DNA from: Callorhinchus milii
Taxonomy: Eukaryota
Assembly (NCBI RefSeq): GCF_018977255.1
Contig: NW_024704742.1
Span: 128,404,001-128,468,000, forward strand
Direction: 5' to 3'
DNA length: 64,000 nt
The notes under the pieces were generated by a model. It was not told the DNA's origin, searched no databases, and worked only from the letters and a program-made list of their open reading frames with translations. Below, in pieces: positions 13,307 to 27,300 of the stretch (position 1 is the stretch's first letter; every line of letters begins with the position of its first letter). The translations under genes and the position numbers were made by a program.

Positions 13307-15971
13307 GTAGGTTTGAAATTGACCAATTTATACAACTAACTTGTGTGTCAGTAACATTGGAAATCCATTCAGAAATCTCTCTAGTGAGTTGGCTTTGCTG
13401 CCGTTCGCTGTGATCGTCTCTCAATGGCTTAAAAGAGATAATCGATAACATAGCCACCAAAATGGTAATGCCTCTATTAAAGTTCAGTAAATAAGTAGAT
13501 CAGTGATTGAGCTGTCAAGAAAGCCGATTACAAATACAAGTATGTACTATATATAACAATCCACCCCACTAGTGATACAGCAATGACATTTCAGCTATTT
13601 ACTTGCTTTAAAATGATTGCTCTCTATTGCTTGAATACAAGAGCGCTAAAAGTATTTTGACAGTGCTTAATGCTGATGTTTAGAAAACGAGGAACTAGTT
13701 GGTTGCAGACTTTCTGACATTGTAAACATTGCCACCTGCTAAGATGCTCCTGTACTGCTGGTACAATACTTTAGAGAGAAAATATATATAGTAATGGTAC
13801 TTAATAGCATACACTTATTGTGCTATTTTTACCCTCTGTATATTTATTATGGAAAACTTGTATTTGTCAACAAAAGGAATGAGTTTGAAATTAAAGAGAA
13901 AAAACACTCATTAACATTACCCGAGGGATGGCAGAAAGGAAATGGTTTAAATTTTATGAACGGAAAATCCGTAAAACAAATTAGGAACAATTATTCCATT
14001 TTGCTTTTTAATGACAGTACATATCTATTACAGTACATGATGTTTATTACAGTACTTAAAAGACATCTCGTGTACATCACATTGCAACTGTAAGCATGGT
14101 AATACTCTATATTACAAAAACTTCCATATTTTGCCAACAATTAAATAATTCTAATCATCTACATGGACAATGCTGCGGGAATGATTACTTAAGACGCACC
14201 TCTTTGACCATGCTTCAGGCATCTTTCCCTTCCCTACCATTTTCGATTCCCAGCTCCAGTTTGGGTGCCCACCCAGCAGCGTCAAGTGCTTTGAAACGTC
14301 CTCCCAATGTGAAATTCGCTAAATAAGTGTGTATTGAATTGTGATAAGCACATTTATCAGACTAAGTTTCATTGTATCCTAATTTTCTTAGGTGCGGACT
14401 ATAAACAAGTCACTTTACTTTGATGTTTCTTTAAATTTTTGATGTCTTTGGTGTTTTAGTACTAAACCGTAATTCACAACATATGGCGTATGGATATTAA
14501 TTGTGTCTTTTCTTAAAAATCTATCAGTGGAAATCTTGATTTGCTGGCAGACATGCAAAACATGAAAGCCCATGGCCTTTTGCGTTTTTTCATTTTATTC
14601 ATTTTGCACTTTGAGACGATCCTCACGACATGAAAGACGCTTAACAAATGTAACTTGTATTGTATTTCTTGGTGCTTTTAACTTGCCTCTGTTTGCTTTT
14701 GTTGATAGCTATTTTTATCTGTGTCAAAGATGTCCAAGGTGCACAGTTTTGATTGCAAGAATGCGAATCATTCTTCCCGATGTGAGTCCTAAGTGCCCAG
14801 TTTTTGGCAATAAGAGACAAAAGACTCTCCGACTTCAACTGATTGACCCTCACTGTTTTTTATTTAAGTGGCCCTGTGGCCATCATATCTCTGGTGTCTT
14901 AGGACATTTTCCCAAGGGTGAATTCATTGCCCTTGTTCTTTGGATGCTCCCTATAACATAGGGGAGACCATCGAAGGATTTGGTGTTTAGGGTGAGGATC
15001 TTGAACTCGATCCACTGAGGGATGGGGAACCAGGGAAGCGGGGTAAGGATAGCAATGATAGGTTTGTGGAGCCTATCACATACTTTGGTGATGTTAACCT
15101 CAGCAATATACTCGCCTGACAATTTCACTGCTGCGCTAGGCTGGAATGATAGAGTGATAGAGCTTCATAACACAAAAAGAGGTCATTTCTCAAACTAACT
15201 TGGTGCGAGAGAGCTTCTGTGTATCCCTAATGCAAGGCTTTGAAAAAGGTGCCAACTTGAGCAGCAGTGGCCCACGGAGATGGCGCTTGTCAGATTCTTG
15301 ATTTTTTTTGGCAACTGTCGTTAAGGTTTGGGATCTCGGTTTCCAGTTTTTCAGCGATGCTTTACAAGACAATGATTTAACTAAATAAAAATCCTACAAA
15401 GCAGTGCCTAATTCCACTTCAGTAACAGGGTCTAATATTGTGGACCCTAACATAATTTCAGAACTTACTGCTGCAGAAAGTCATCAGTGCAGAATCAATT
15501 GAGGGATATGGCTAGATACTTGGGGAAAATATTGGGGTGAAAACTGTGAAGTTTTCATAATAGATTCAAAAACCAATAACCCACAGCAGCAGATTTCTTG
15601 ACCCCTGGTGCTATTCTTACACAATATACTGCAATGCAGTTTATATCGCTACAGCAACAATTTGCATTAACTTAACAGCTCTCACGCAGTGCCATTCACG
15701 TCGGGAGGACATCTCAAAATGCTTGACAGTGCTGTCTGTGCAGCTGAGCTGGGGGTGGGGGCCAAGGGGGGTGGGGAGGAGAAAGGAGAAACATAAGATA
15801 TGATTCTTACACTTTTGTCATTCTCACACCATGAATTATTCTCTTGGGATATTAAAGGGCAACATTTAACATTTGTTTCAAACACTCAACATGTGGGATT
15901 GTGGCTGTTAACTTAAAAAAAACACGTCAGAGTATCCTGGAAGACAAATGCACAGCCCATCTTCACTAACA

Positions 15972-16297
15972 ACCTGTAGCACATTGGTTCACAGGCAAGA
16001 GGACCTGGGTTTGATTCCCAGGAAGGGCGAAACGTTAGACAAGTTTCCTTACTCCTATATGCCTTGGTTAACCAAGCAGTAAGTAGGAACCCAGTTGTTA
16101 GTCGATTGGTGGATCACTTTTCCAGGGGATAATAATCCCTTCAAAAGAAAATAATAATAATAATTTGGTCACTCAATTCATGACTCTTTGTGGGACACTG
16201 CTGTGCGCAATTGGCTGCTGTGTTTTGCCCACAAAATATAGTCATTTCACTTTACAGTATATTCTGTAAAGTGCTTTGAGACGTCTTGAAGACATGA
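15972..16297 (+). mobile_element. SINE family A copy split by the full-length L2 (its 3' end resumes at 19998-20033)
   Basis: The body ends ...GAGACGTCTTGAAGACATGA and resumes ATAAGGTGCTATATCAAATGCAATGATTATTATT after the LINE tail. Confidence 0.85.
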
Positions 16298-19200
16298 AGC
16301 TCCAGTCGGGGAGCGGCGGCAGGACAGCGCGGGGAGGAGCCTGGGCCTACCTACCCAGGTATTTAAACTCGACGCCGGAGCGAGATCAGCTAGGGGGGGC
16401 GGGGGGAGGTGTCGGGGCGGAGCGGGGGAGCCGCTGACTTCATAGATTAGTTTTCAGGTGCGTGCGCACCCAATAAAAAAAAAACCTCTGCGCCCCCCCC
16501 AACCCCCCCAGGGCTCACATCAGAGCCCACTATGGTCCTGTTGGGTTCGCTGCCCCAATCTACGGGATAATGCCATCCACCTGACCGCTCGCTCCCGGTC
16601 CCCGCGTGCGCACTATGGCTGCCGCTTTGACCCGAGCCCCCTCACCCCCTCCCTCCCTCCCCCCTCCTCTCTCCCCCCAAACCCTCCCCCTCTGCATCTC
16701 TCCCGCTCTGTCCTCCTCTCTCTCCGTCCCTCTCGTCTTCTATCCCCACTTGACCCTCCCACAACCTCCCTCTGTTCCAGCCTGGGAATCCTCCGCCGGG
16801 CTCACCGTGGCACTCGGCGTTGGCTGTCCAGCAGCAGCCACACCGACTGCCCCATTCCCCACCACTCTCGCCAGCCACCCCGGACACAGACCCGGGGAGC
16901 CAACCTCTCCTCCCTTATCCCCATCCCCCCCACCCCTGCCTCACAACCTGGACCCCCCTCCCCTCCCACACACCCTTCTGTCAACCGCTCCCTCCACATC
17001 GGACTGCAAAATGTCCGCTCCCTCTGCAACAAGGCCCTGGTCATCAACGATCTCATCCTTGATGAGAACGTTGATATCATGGCCTTAACAGAAACCTGGC
17101 TCACCCCAGGCGACACCTTCCCCCTCACGGAGGCCACACCACCCGGCTACACCTCCCACCACATCCCCCGCCCCAACCGCCGTGGCGGTGGTGTTGCCCT
17201 TATCTCAAGGACACCACTTGCCCTATCCCCTACTCCACTGGCTCTTTCCCCTCCTTTGAGCACCTCACCCTCTCCCACCCCTCATTCCTCTCCCTTAAAA
17301 TCCTCCTCCTCTACCGGCCCCCTAAAACCTCTCCCACCTTCATCTCTGACATTTCAACACTCCTCACATCTCTTTGCCTCTGCTCTGATCGCCTCATCAT
17401 CCTGGGCGACTTTAACCTACACTTCACCCCCTCCTGCTCCATCTCCACAGACTTCTCTTCCCTGCTCTCCTCACTCAACCTCTCCTTACACATAAACTCC
17501 CCCACTCACAGTCACGGCCACCCACTCGATTTGGTGATCACCCGGGGCCTCAGTGTCTCGGATGTCACTATTACCGACAAGGCCATCTCTGACCACCACT
17601 TCATCTCCTTCACCACCTCCACCCCCCTCCCCACCTCCACCAGACCCACCACCATCTTCTACCGCCCTTGGAAGAAGTTACCCCCACAATCCCTAACCGA
17701 TGCCTTGGAGTCCTCTGAACTCCTCTCCCTCTGGCCTTCAACCCTCACCGACCCCTCTTCTCCTCTCTCCCTCCTCCACAATACCCTCTCCTCCACACTC
17801 GATACTCTTGCCCCCATCACTTCCCGCACTGTCTCCTACTCCCGCTCCTCCCCCTGGTACACCACCCACCTCCGCTCACTGAAAAGCCAGGTGCGGGCTG
17901 CTGAACGCACCTGTGTCAAAACGGTCCACCGACAAATCTGGCTGGACCTCCTCAAAATTTACCGCTCCACTCTAGCCTCGGCCAAGTCGTCCTTCTACTC
18001 CAGGATAATCCTGGAGGCGAAGAACAACCCCAGGCTACTGTTTTCCACCACAACCCGACTCCTCCGTCCCCCCGCCACCCCGCGCAGGTCATCTCCTCCA
18101 ACCTTCACTGCGAGGAGATGCTGGATTTCCTTGAATCCAAGATCAAGGGAATCCGCTCCGCGGTCACTTCCCCTCCAACATCCACCAACCCCCCACCCCC
18201 TCCCTCCCACACTCCGACTCCTACCCATCCTCCCCTACACACCTTCGTACCCGTTTCCCCACCCTCTGTCACCAAACTCATCCTATCCCTAAAACCAACC
18301 ACCTGCTCCCTTGACCCCATCCCCACTCCACTCCTTATCTCCCAGCTCCACTTTCTTGCCCCACATATCACTGACATCATCAACCTGTCCCTCTCCTCTG
18401 GCTCTGTCCCCATTCCCTTAAAAACTGCCACCATCACGCCCACCCTGAAAAAACCCTCCCTTGATGCGTCGCAGCTATCAAGCTACCGGCCCATCTCCAA
18501 CCTCCCCTTTCTCTCCAAGGTCCTGGAAAGAGTTGTCGCCTCCCAACTGCGCTCTTTCCTTTCCACCCATTCTCTTTTCGAACCCCTTCAGTCAGGTTTC
18601 CGTGCTGCCCATAGCACAGAAACTGCCCTGGTCAAGGTCACCAATGATATCCTGACCATCTGTGACCAGGGCTCCCTCTGCCTCCTCGACCTATCGGCAG
18701 CATTCGATACGGTCGACCACGCTATCCTACTCCACCGCTTGTCCTCCCACCTCAACCTTCAAGGCACTGTCCTTGAATGGTTTAGGTCGTACCTTTCTCA
18801 CCGTCTTCACTTTGTCTCTACGAATGGCTTCTCCTCCACCCCCCGCACTGTCTCATGTGGTGTCCCTCAGGGCTCTGTCCTCGGTCCCCTCCTCTTCACC
18901 CTCTATATGCTCCCCCTTGGTGACATCATCCGCAGACATGGAGTTAACTTCCACATGTATGCGGATGACACCCAACTCTACCTTTCCTCCTCTACTCTCA
19001 ACTCCACGACCACCGATGTCCTGACAGCTGCCTGTCTGAAATCGAGTCTTGGACGAGAGGCAACTTTCTTCAGCTCAACGTGCGAAAAACCGAGGCCCTC
19101 CTGATTGGCTCACATCAGCGCCTCCGCACCTCAGGCGCCGACACCATCAGCATCCAAGGCTGCACTCTCCACCTCTCAAAGCCAGTCAGGAACCTCGGCG

Positions 19201-19997
19201 TTTTGTTCGACCCTGAGCTGTCCTTTCTCCCTCACATCCGCACCACAACTGGCACCGCCTTCCATCACCTCCGGAACATCGCCAGACTACGGCACTACCT
19301 CACCCCTCACGCTGCTGAAACCCTGGTTCACGCCTTTGTCACCTCAAGGCTGGACTATGGGAACTCTCTCCTCGTCGGCCTTCCCGCCACCTCCCTCCAC
19401 AAGCTGCAGGTCATTCAGAACTCTGCAGCTCGTGTACTGTCCCGCACCAGGCTTCACGACCACATCACTCCCACCCTCGCTCGCCTCCACTGGCTCCCCA
19501 TCCCCCAGAGGATTGATTTCAAGATCCTCATCCTCACCTACAAGGCCATTCACGGCCTTGCTCCCTCCTACCTCTCCAACCTACTATCCCCCTACCTACC
19601 TGCCCGTACCCTCCGTTCCTCTGGCTCCGGTCTGCTCCACGTCCCCCGCCCCAACCGCCCTACCATCGGTGGTCGGGCCTTCAGCCTCTCAGCCCCAGGC
19701 TCTGGAACTCCATCCCCCAGTGCCTTCGCCTTGCTTCCTCCCTCTCCTCCTTCAAGGCCGGTCTCAAAACCTTTCTCTTTGACCGAGCCTTCAGCTCCCC
19801 TCTCGACTCTCTTCCCCCTCCTCGCTCCCTCCCTTCCCTCCCTCACCCTGACCATTTCCCCCTCCTCGCTCCCTCCCTTTCCTCCCCTCACCCTGACCAT
19901 TTCCCCCTGCTCGGGTCCTGACCCAACTGTGCAGCGCCTTGGGACGTCCTCCTGATGTGAAAGGCGCTTTATAAATGGAATCTTGTTGTTGTTGTTG
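16298..19997 (+). mobile_element. Near full-length L2-clade LINE with a single APE+RT ORF broken by frameshifts
   Basis: APE motifs (LQNVRSL...DIMALTETWL), RT motifs ([46 protein letters not shown] at 18958-18969) and the C-terminal LHWLP motif. 3' stem-loop tail ends in (TTG)n. The element interrupts a SINE. Confidence 0.95.
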
Positions 19998-21269
19998 ATA
20001 AGGTGCTATATCAAATGCAATGATTATTATTATAACATCACCACTGAGAATCGTGTTTAGTAGTAAGGATAGCCGGCCACCTGACCTTGGGTAATTCCTA
20101 ATCAACATATTATGAATATCTAAAAGTACACTGCACATGAGGCCCTGTTAAATGATCGAGCAACATCTCGGACAGGAACGGTCTTGAGTGATTGATTCTC
20201 ATTTAATGCCACCTTGTATTTTTATGCTCGGCAGTGATCTATATTGATGTATATGGGTGCATCAGAAATCTTTTTAAAGGTTCCGAAGGGGCTTGTAAAC
20301 ATTTCCTAAAGCTGCTCAGAATTGTGAAACGTGATGATGAAAAACATTGCTAGAAATGCATCATGTATTGCTCAGCATAAAACATTACTGACATTTGATA
20401 TCACTTGTTTGGAACAAAATTCTACCTTCTTCCACCTGGGTCAAAATTTACTCTATTTTTTAACATTTCAGAACATCCAAAATTTGGCAAATTGTCAAAT
20501 ACAGTCTGAACTCTTATGCCCTATCTTATTCTTATTCCTTATGTTATTATTACACCTTATCTAATACTCCTTTATACTAGCCTGATTCTCCAGACCAGTG
20601 CTGAGGGGAAGCGATGTTTTGTTGAGGTGCCATCCTTCACATGAGATGATATACTGAGGTCCTGTCTGCTTTTCTAGTGGTTATTAAAGATCCCATGGCA
20701 CAAATCAAAAAGATAAGGGACTTTCTCCGAGAGTCCTGGCCAACCATTCCCCAATAAAATTTCTTATACACTTCATGGCTGTTTGTAGGACATTTCTGCA
20801 TGCAACTTGGCTGCTGTGTTCACCCACAAAATAAACAGAGACTACATTTTTGTGTATAATCTGTGAAGCACTTTGAGACATTCTCCCGATGTGAAAGACA
20901 CAATATCAAACGCAAGGATTATTATTATCATTGTTACTTGTATCTTATTATTGAAACTAGTTTCCTGTAGTCATAAGCATTTACAGAAAGTAGGCAAAAT
21001 TAAGACTGTATTTAAGAATTTGCTAAATCCTACATGTTCTGAAATGTTAATTAATTTTAGACCCAAGTGGCATTTCTCACCTCTTGTCATGTGGTAAACT
21101 GGCAAAGCATGAATTCCCACAATGAGTCCACCTGAACGGACAGAGGGGACCTCGGTTTAATGTCTCATTAGAAAGACGGCACCTCTGACAGTGCAGTACA
21201 CCCGCACCATTGCATTGGGCTCAAAGTCCTGATGTGGGGCTTGAACCCACAACCTCCTGACTTAGAGGT

Positions 21270-21866
21270 TTCATTACATCGAGGCTTGACTATGCAAACT
21301 CATTGCTTGTCGGCCTCCCCAGCTCCTCCCTACACAGGCTGCAGATCATCCAGAACTCTGCAGCCCGTGTCCTCCCGCACCAGGCTCCATAACCCTATCA
21401 GCTCCATCCTTGCTCGACTCGAGTGCCTTCCCATCACACAGAGGATACAGTTCAAGATCCTGGTCCTCACCTTCAAAGCCCTCCATGGCCTTGCTCCCCC
21501 CTACCTCTGCGACCTCCTAACCCCTTACCATCTAGCTCGCTCCCTCTGCACAGCGGGTTCCAGCCTGCTTTACATTCCCTGTCTCGCCTGCCCCATCATC
21601 GGTGGGCGAGCCTTCTGTCACTCTGACCCCACCCTCTGGAACTCCATCTCGCAGTCCCTCTGCCTCACCCCCTCCCTTGCCTCTTTCAAGACCCATCTCA
21701 AGACCCTCCTCTTCGACCGTGCTTTCGATCACCCTGTTTCCACCGCCTGCCCTCCACCCTCCCCGATCCCGACCGCCATCTCGGGTCCAAAACTCTGTCT
21801 GTCCAGCGTCTTGGGATGTCCTCCTGATGTGAAAGGCGCAATACAAATGTAATTTTGTTGTTGTTG
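21270..21866 (+). mobile_element. 5'-truncated L2 inserted in a minus-strand Deu SINE, with TSD
   Basis: ORF2 C-terminus (RIQFKILVLTFKALHGLAPPYL) and (TTG)n tail; TTAGAGGT at 21262-21269 and 21867-21874. Confidence 0.88.
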
Positions 21867-24124
21867 TTAGAGGTGAGAGTGCTACAAACTGAGCCAGACT
21901 GACACTAATAGCAATAATGATTAGGTGATCACAGGTGATCAATTAATGGGTGATTGATGGATGGATGTTGGTGAAATTGAATGAGGAAGGAATATTGACT
22001 AAACATTGGGAAAATTCACACAACAGACTTTTAGCCGAGTTTGAAGAGGGTGCTGGAGGTGGAGGGAGTGGTGGTCAAAGAGATTGGTCTTTAAGTGGGT
22101 TTATAAAGGGAAGGGTGGATGGGAGGGACAAGCAGTGGAACTCTGGAATGGCGTTCCAGAGAGCGGAGATTGAAAGCGTGAAAGCTCGCTCACCGATGGT
22201 GGAGCAGAATGGTCACAGCAGGTCACAGAGGTAGATTGGAGCAAGACTGTGGAGAGAATTTATAGCACAGAAATTGTCTTTCATTTCTACTTCTTAAAAG
22301 ACTTCACTTTATCACTGTAAAGTGCAGTGACTATGTATTTTGTAGCCAAACACAGGAGACAATTTACCCATAGCAATGTCCCACCAACAACCATGAAGTG
22401 AATGGACAATTGTATCTGGGGGACACTGGGAGAAACTTCCTTCTGTTATCAAAATAGTGTCATGTGATCTTTAACATCCACCTGAACAGGCAGAAAGGAC
22501 CTTGGGTTAGGCTCTCATCTAAAGGGCAGCCCTTTCAACAATGCAGAACACCCCCAGGACTTCACTGGAGTGTCATCTCCGATTATATAAATTAAGTCCC
22601 TGTTAAGATTCATCGCAATTTTTGACCTTTAGGTGTGCATCAAAGAAGCTTTAATCATTTACCATGTTCGTCTCATGGATCTTAAAAGAATCCACAGCAC
22701 AAAATGGTGAGGACCCAGGCTCTTATTATCTTTGAAGTGTTTATTTCTCCCTACAACTTTATCTTATGATAAGATGAAGTTTGTAATGTGGTGCTGAAAT
22801 ATATTACTGCTGACTTTATGGGACACTGAAACCACTCATCCCTGCTGACTTATTCCAATATCCTCAGTGCTTCGACTCTTTGGTTCTGAACTGGAGGAAT
22901 TTGTCAGCCGGAAAAATGACTTGAATAATTATGTGAGTGCCAATCAAGGTTAGCCCAAAGGGCTGCCACCTTAATAGAGGAGGAGACTGTCAATGGGGAC
23001 ATCTGCTAGAAATGAGATTGCCTGATTTATCAGGATTGATTTTAATATGGTTGTTTGGTCCATTGAAAAAATGCATCTATTAAAGTATGGCAAAATTAGC
23101 GAGATCCACATGAACTGTAGTCAGCTTGTCTTTGGATAATCGGGTGTCTGACACATCCACAAACCGATCACATTGCTTATGAGTATCCAAACCAGACTAA
23201 AAGTTCCCCACTTCACATTGAAATTTTCCGGTGTGCGGAATGGAATATGCAGTGTTTCCTTGAAGAAATACCAACATTTCTATAAATCTCCAAAAGAATA
23301 GATAGGAAGTGAGTGGTTGAATTTAGCTGTAAAAGCATAGGGAACTTTATCACTGACAGCAACCGGAATGGTCAGATGTTACCAGAAAGGCAAATGATAC
23401 CTGCATGACATATGCCTGATACCAGGTTAATCATAAATATCTAATATCCATCAGCTATTAGCAGTGGGACCTAATGACATAACTGTTCCATCACACTCTG
23501 GTAGCACAACATCTCCCTCTCCAACATCAATAGGACCAGTCAGTGAGTTAATTATCACCACATTGTTAATTTTGCTGCATCTTAATTAGCACTATTGGTG
23601 TTATGTTCTGACTATGTTCTTTTAAACATTTGTTCAAGTCTGAATGGTGGGTGAGTAGTAATGCAAAAACATTTGAGTGCAAATATGCAAGTGCAGTCTT
23701 GAAAATGCCATTTTTCGTCCTTATTGTAATGTCCATGAAAAATAAGCGAATCTTGCTACTTATATTTTATTTATAAAAATGCATGGTTTTGTAGCAGATA
23801 AATATCACACTGAATCAGATATGAAGCATTGTATTTTCATGTCATATACCATAGTCTTCTAACCATGAAAAACTAGAATGATTATTGTATTACAAGTTGC
23901 TTATATTCTCACCAGTGAGAATATCCAACAACAAAAAATAAGAATAATGTAATTTATAAATAATAATTTATATGGCACCTTTCAGATTGTTAGGGTATCT
24001 CAAAGTGTTTCAACTTGAGTTGTGGGAGGAATGGGGGGAGATGAACTGTGAAGGGATGGAGAAAGGTGGCTAAAAGCACGGTGTAAGGTTACAAGGCAGG
24101 CTTTGAAGACAGAGAGGAAATGGA

Positions 24125-25380
24125 CAATAACAACAACTTGCACTTATATAGTGCCCTCTATGCAAAGTAGCGCCTCAGAGCACTTTACAGTGGCAGAGCC
24201 TGACTCCGAGACGGCGGGGGGGGTTGAGTTGGCGGTGAGTATGGTAGAAGAGGAAGGTTTTCACACGGGACTTAAAAAAAGGAGGGGGCGGGGCAAGGCG
24301 GTGGGATTGATAGATTTTTAAAAACTAAATGGATTAAGGGATATGGGGAAAGGGCAGGTAAATGGAATTAGGTTAGAAGATCAGCCATGATCTTATTAAA
24401 TGGTAGAGCAGGCTCTAGGTGCTGAATGGCCTACTCCTGCTCCTAATTCTTATGTTCTTATGATTGAGGGAGTGTGGCTAAAAATGCAACCTCCAATGGT
24501 GGGGCGGAGGGTGCGAGGGATGAGCAGAAGTCCGAAATCCCCGGGTGGTGGAATGGGGAGTGAGAAGGTCGGAGAGGTAGGGAGGTGCCAGAGAGTGAAG
24601 GGATTTGAACACGAGAGTGAGGATCTTGAAGTCGATCCATTCGGTGATGGGGAGCCAGTGGAGCCTGGCCAGAACTGGTGAGATGTGGGTACCCCGTTTG
24701 GTCCAGGTCAGTATGGGGCGGCAGAGTTCTGAATGAGCTGGATCTTTTGAGCTGGGGAGACCGGCGAGGAGTGCGTTTGAGTAATCCAGGCAGGAGGTGG
24801 CAAACCCATTCACGAGGGTTTCGGCTGCAATTGGGGTAAGGTACGGTCGGAGGCGGGCAATGTAGCGGAGGTGGAGGAAGGTGGTCCTAGTCAGGGACCA
24901 GATGTGAGGGAGGAAGGCTGCACTGGTTTGGTGAGGCTGAGGGAGAGCCCAAGGAGGTTGAGGAGTTTAGATCCGCAGGAGTGAAGATGTTGATGGGAGC
25001 CAAGGAGTATGGCTTCTGTCTTGTCCATACTCAGCTGCAGCCCTGATGTCTGCCAGACAAGCTGATAACATATCGGCGGACCTGGAGTTGGTACTGGAGG
25101 AGGCAAAGTAGATTTGTTTGTCTTCCGCAAACATGTGGACGTTTACCCCGTGTCTGCGGATGACATCACCCAGAGGGAGCATATAGATAAGGAAGAGAAG
25201 AGGGCCAACGATGGAGCCCTGGGTACCCCGCAGGTGACCAGGTGGGGATGGGAGGAGAAACCATTTGCCGAGATGAAGTGGAGGTGGTTGGTTAAGTTGG
25301 ACTCGAACCATGCAAGTGCAGAACCACTAAGGTGGATGAGGGAGGAGAGGTGGTGGAGGAGGATGGCGTGGTAGATGGAC
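24125..25380 (-). mobile_element. Degraded L2 fragment (RT to tail) with a + strand CR1 tail nested at about 24320-24461
   Basis: [34 protein letters not shown] and LARLHWLPI on the minus strand. Confidence 0.85.
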
Positions 25381-26847
25381 AATGTAGATGGACACCAAGA
25401 CAGAGTTCTAGAAAGCAGGGGCAGAAGGTGACTGGAGGTGTTTGAAAGTGAGTTTGAGAATCCTGAATGCGATCTGCTAGAGGATGGGGAGCCAGTGGAG
25501 CCAAGCGAGGATGGGGGTGATGGGCTTTCAAAGCTTGTTGTAGGACAGGATGCGTGCTGCAGTGTTCAGGATGAACCATTAAATATAATAGATCTTGTGT
25601 ATGAAAATTAATTCCATATTTTTTCTAATTAGCTACGAGCATACAAAATTGTGAACTTCATGCCAACCCCAACATTTGCAACAACCCTTTGATGTGAGGA
25701 TTTCACACTACATTTCATATAGCATTTTATCATGTTGTTGAGACATCTCAAAGCGCTTCACAGGATATGTTGTAAAGTGGTGTATTTGCGGGGAGAATGT
25801 GCTGCCAATTTGCACACAGCTGCAGAGTGAGTGACCAATTTCATTTGAGGGATTGTCAGGACACCATGAGAAACTCTCTTCAATAGAGCAATAAAGAGAA
25901 TGTTGCAATGTTGTATACAAGGATCACATAAAAAATATCCCTTTCAATTTGTAATATCAAAATCAATATTAACTTCTCAGAATGTTATCCTTAACTCGTG
26001 TGGTAAACCAAAAGCACATTAAGATGAAACAGATATTCTGCTGGATAAAGGAACAACAGTAAATGTTTAGTGCTTTATTTTATTTCACAAATATGATTGC
26101 AGTGGAGTACACACATGCTTTAGCGCCAATGTTTTCTGTAACATTGTTTGATCGATTGATGGACTCCTCGTAAGAAGAGCCATTTTTATTTAAAAAACAC
26201 ACTTTATTGTTGGCCTGCCAATAAATAACAATAAATACCATAAGAACATAAGAATTGCTAGATGAAAGAAAACCAAGGCCCATCCAGTTCGCCTTTCACC
26301 ACCCTGATAGTTCCATGCACTTGTCATGTCCCAAACTGTATGCTGGTATTCCATAAAATGTCAAAACTTCCACAATGCTTTTTGTTTGGCTTAGAACAGG
26401 CTAAATTAACTAAGGCTTGCGTATCACAATATTTAAATGATCACATAAGTATCCTAATTGTAAGGTATCGGCTTGGCTCACTTGGTACACTTTGAGTCAG
26501 AAGGTTGTGGGTTCAAGCCCCACTTTTTTACATCAGGACTCTAAGATCATTGTCGAATTCTGACTTGAGGGAGAACTGTGTTGTTGAAGGTGCTGTTCAG
26601 GTGGATATTAAACATCGCATGACACTATCCAAAAAGAAAAGGTAGCTTCTCTCAGTGTTCTGAACAAAAATCCTCCATATAAAATTGTTCATTCACTTTA
26701 TAGCTGACTGGGTGACATTGCTGGTGTCAAAATGGCTACCCTGGTCACCTGCCAAAGTACACACTTTAGAGTAAAACCTTTGTAGTACCTTGAAACAAAC
26801 AATAACATAAAACAAAGGTGTTTTATCAAATGCAAGGATTATTATTA

Positions 26848-27300
26848 CAACAACAACAACTTCGGGGCATAGTTGCTGAAGGCACGGCCACCGAGGGTAG
26901 AGCGGAGGACTCGGGGGACGAGGAGGAGGCCAGACCCGGAGGAACAAAGGCAACGGGTACTGTTTTGAGGAGAGAGGTCAGAGAGGTAGGGGGCTGCAGA
27001 GGAATGGAGGGATTTGAATACAAGGATGAGGATCTTGAAATCGATCCTCTCTGGGATAGGCAGTCAGTGCAGTCTGGCAAGGACTGGGGTAATCGGGGAG
27101 CAGAGTTTGGTGCGGGTGAGAATGTGGGCGACAGAGTTTTGAATGATTTGGATTTTATGGATGGTAGTGGATGGGAGACCGGCGAGGAGGGCGTTAGAGT
27201 AGTTCAGCCGAGAGGTAACAAAGGCATGGACCAGGGTTTCAGTGGCTTTTGGAGTGAGGATTTGGCAGAGACGGACGATGCGTTGGAGGTGGAAGAAAGC
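26848..27300 (-). mobile_element. L2 3' fragment
   Basis: ETLVHAFVTSRLNYSNALLAGLP on the minus strand; (CAA)n at about 26848-26860. Confidence 0.85.

Noticed and set aside
13307..13413. ORF extension beyond GKS (GRFEIDQF...)
   Set aside because: Read-through into intron 1 past the GT donor; the GTPase continues at 42670.
16318..16331. GGACAGCGC REST/RE1 half-site
   Set aside because: Only a right half-site, inside the LINE 5' end; no TCAGCACC partner.
16606..20138. Many Pro/Ser-rich and Gly-rich alternative-frame ORFs
   Set aside because: Shadow frames of the C-rich L2 element.
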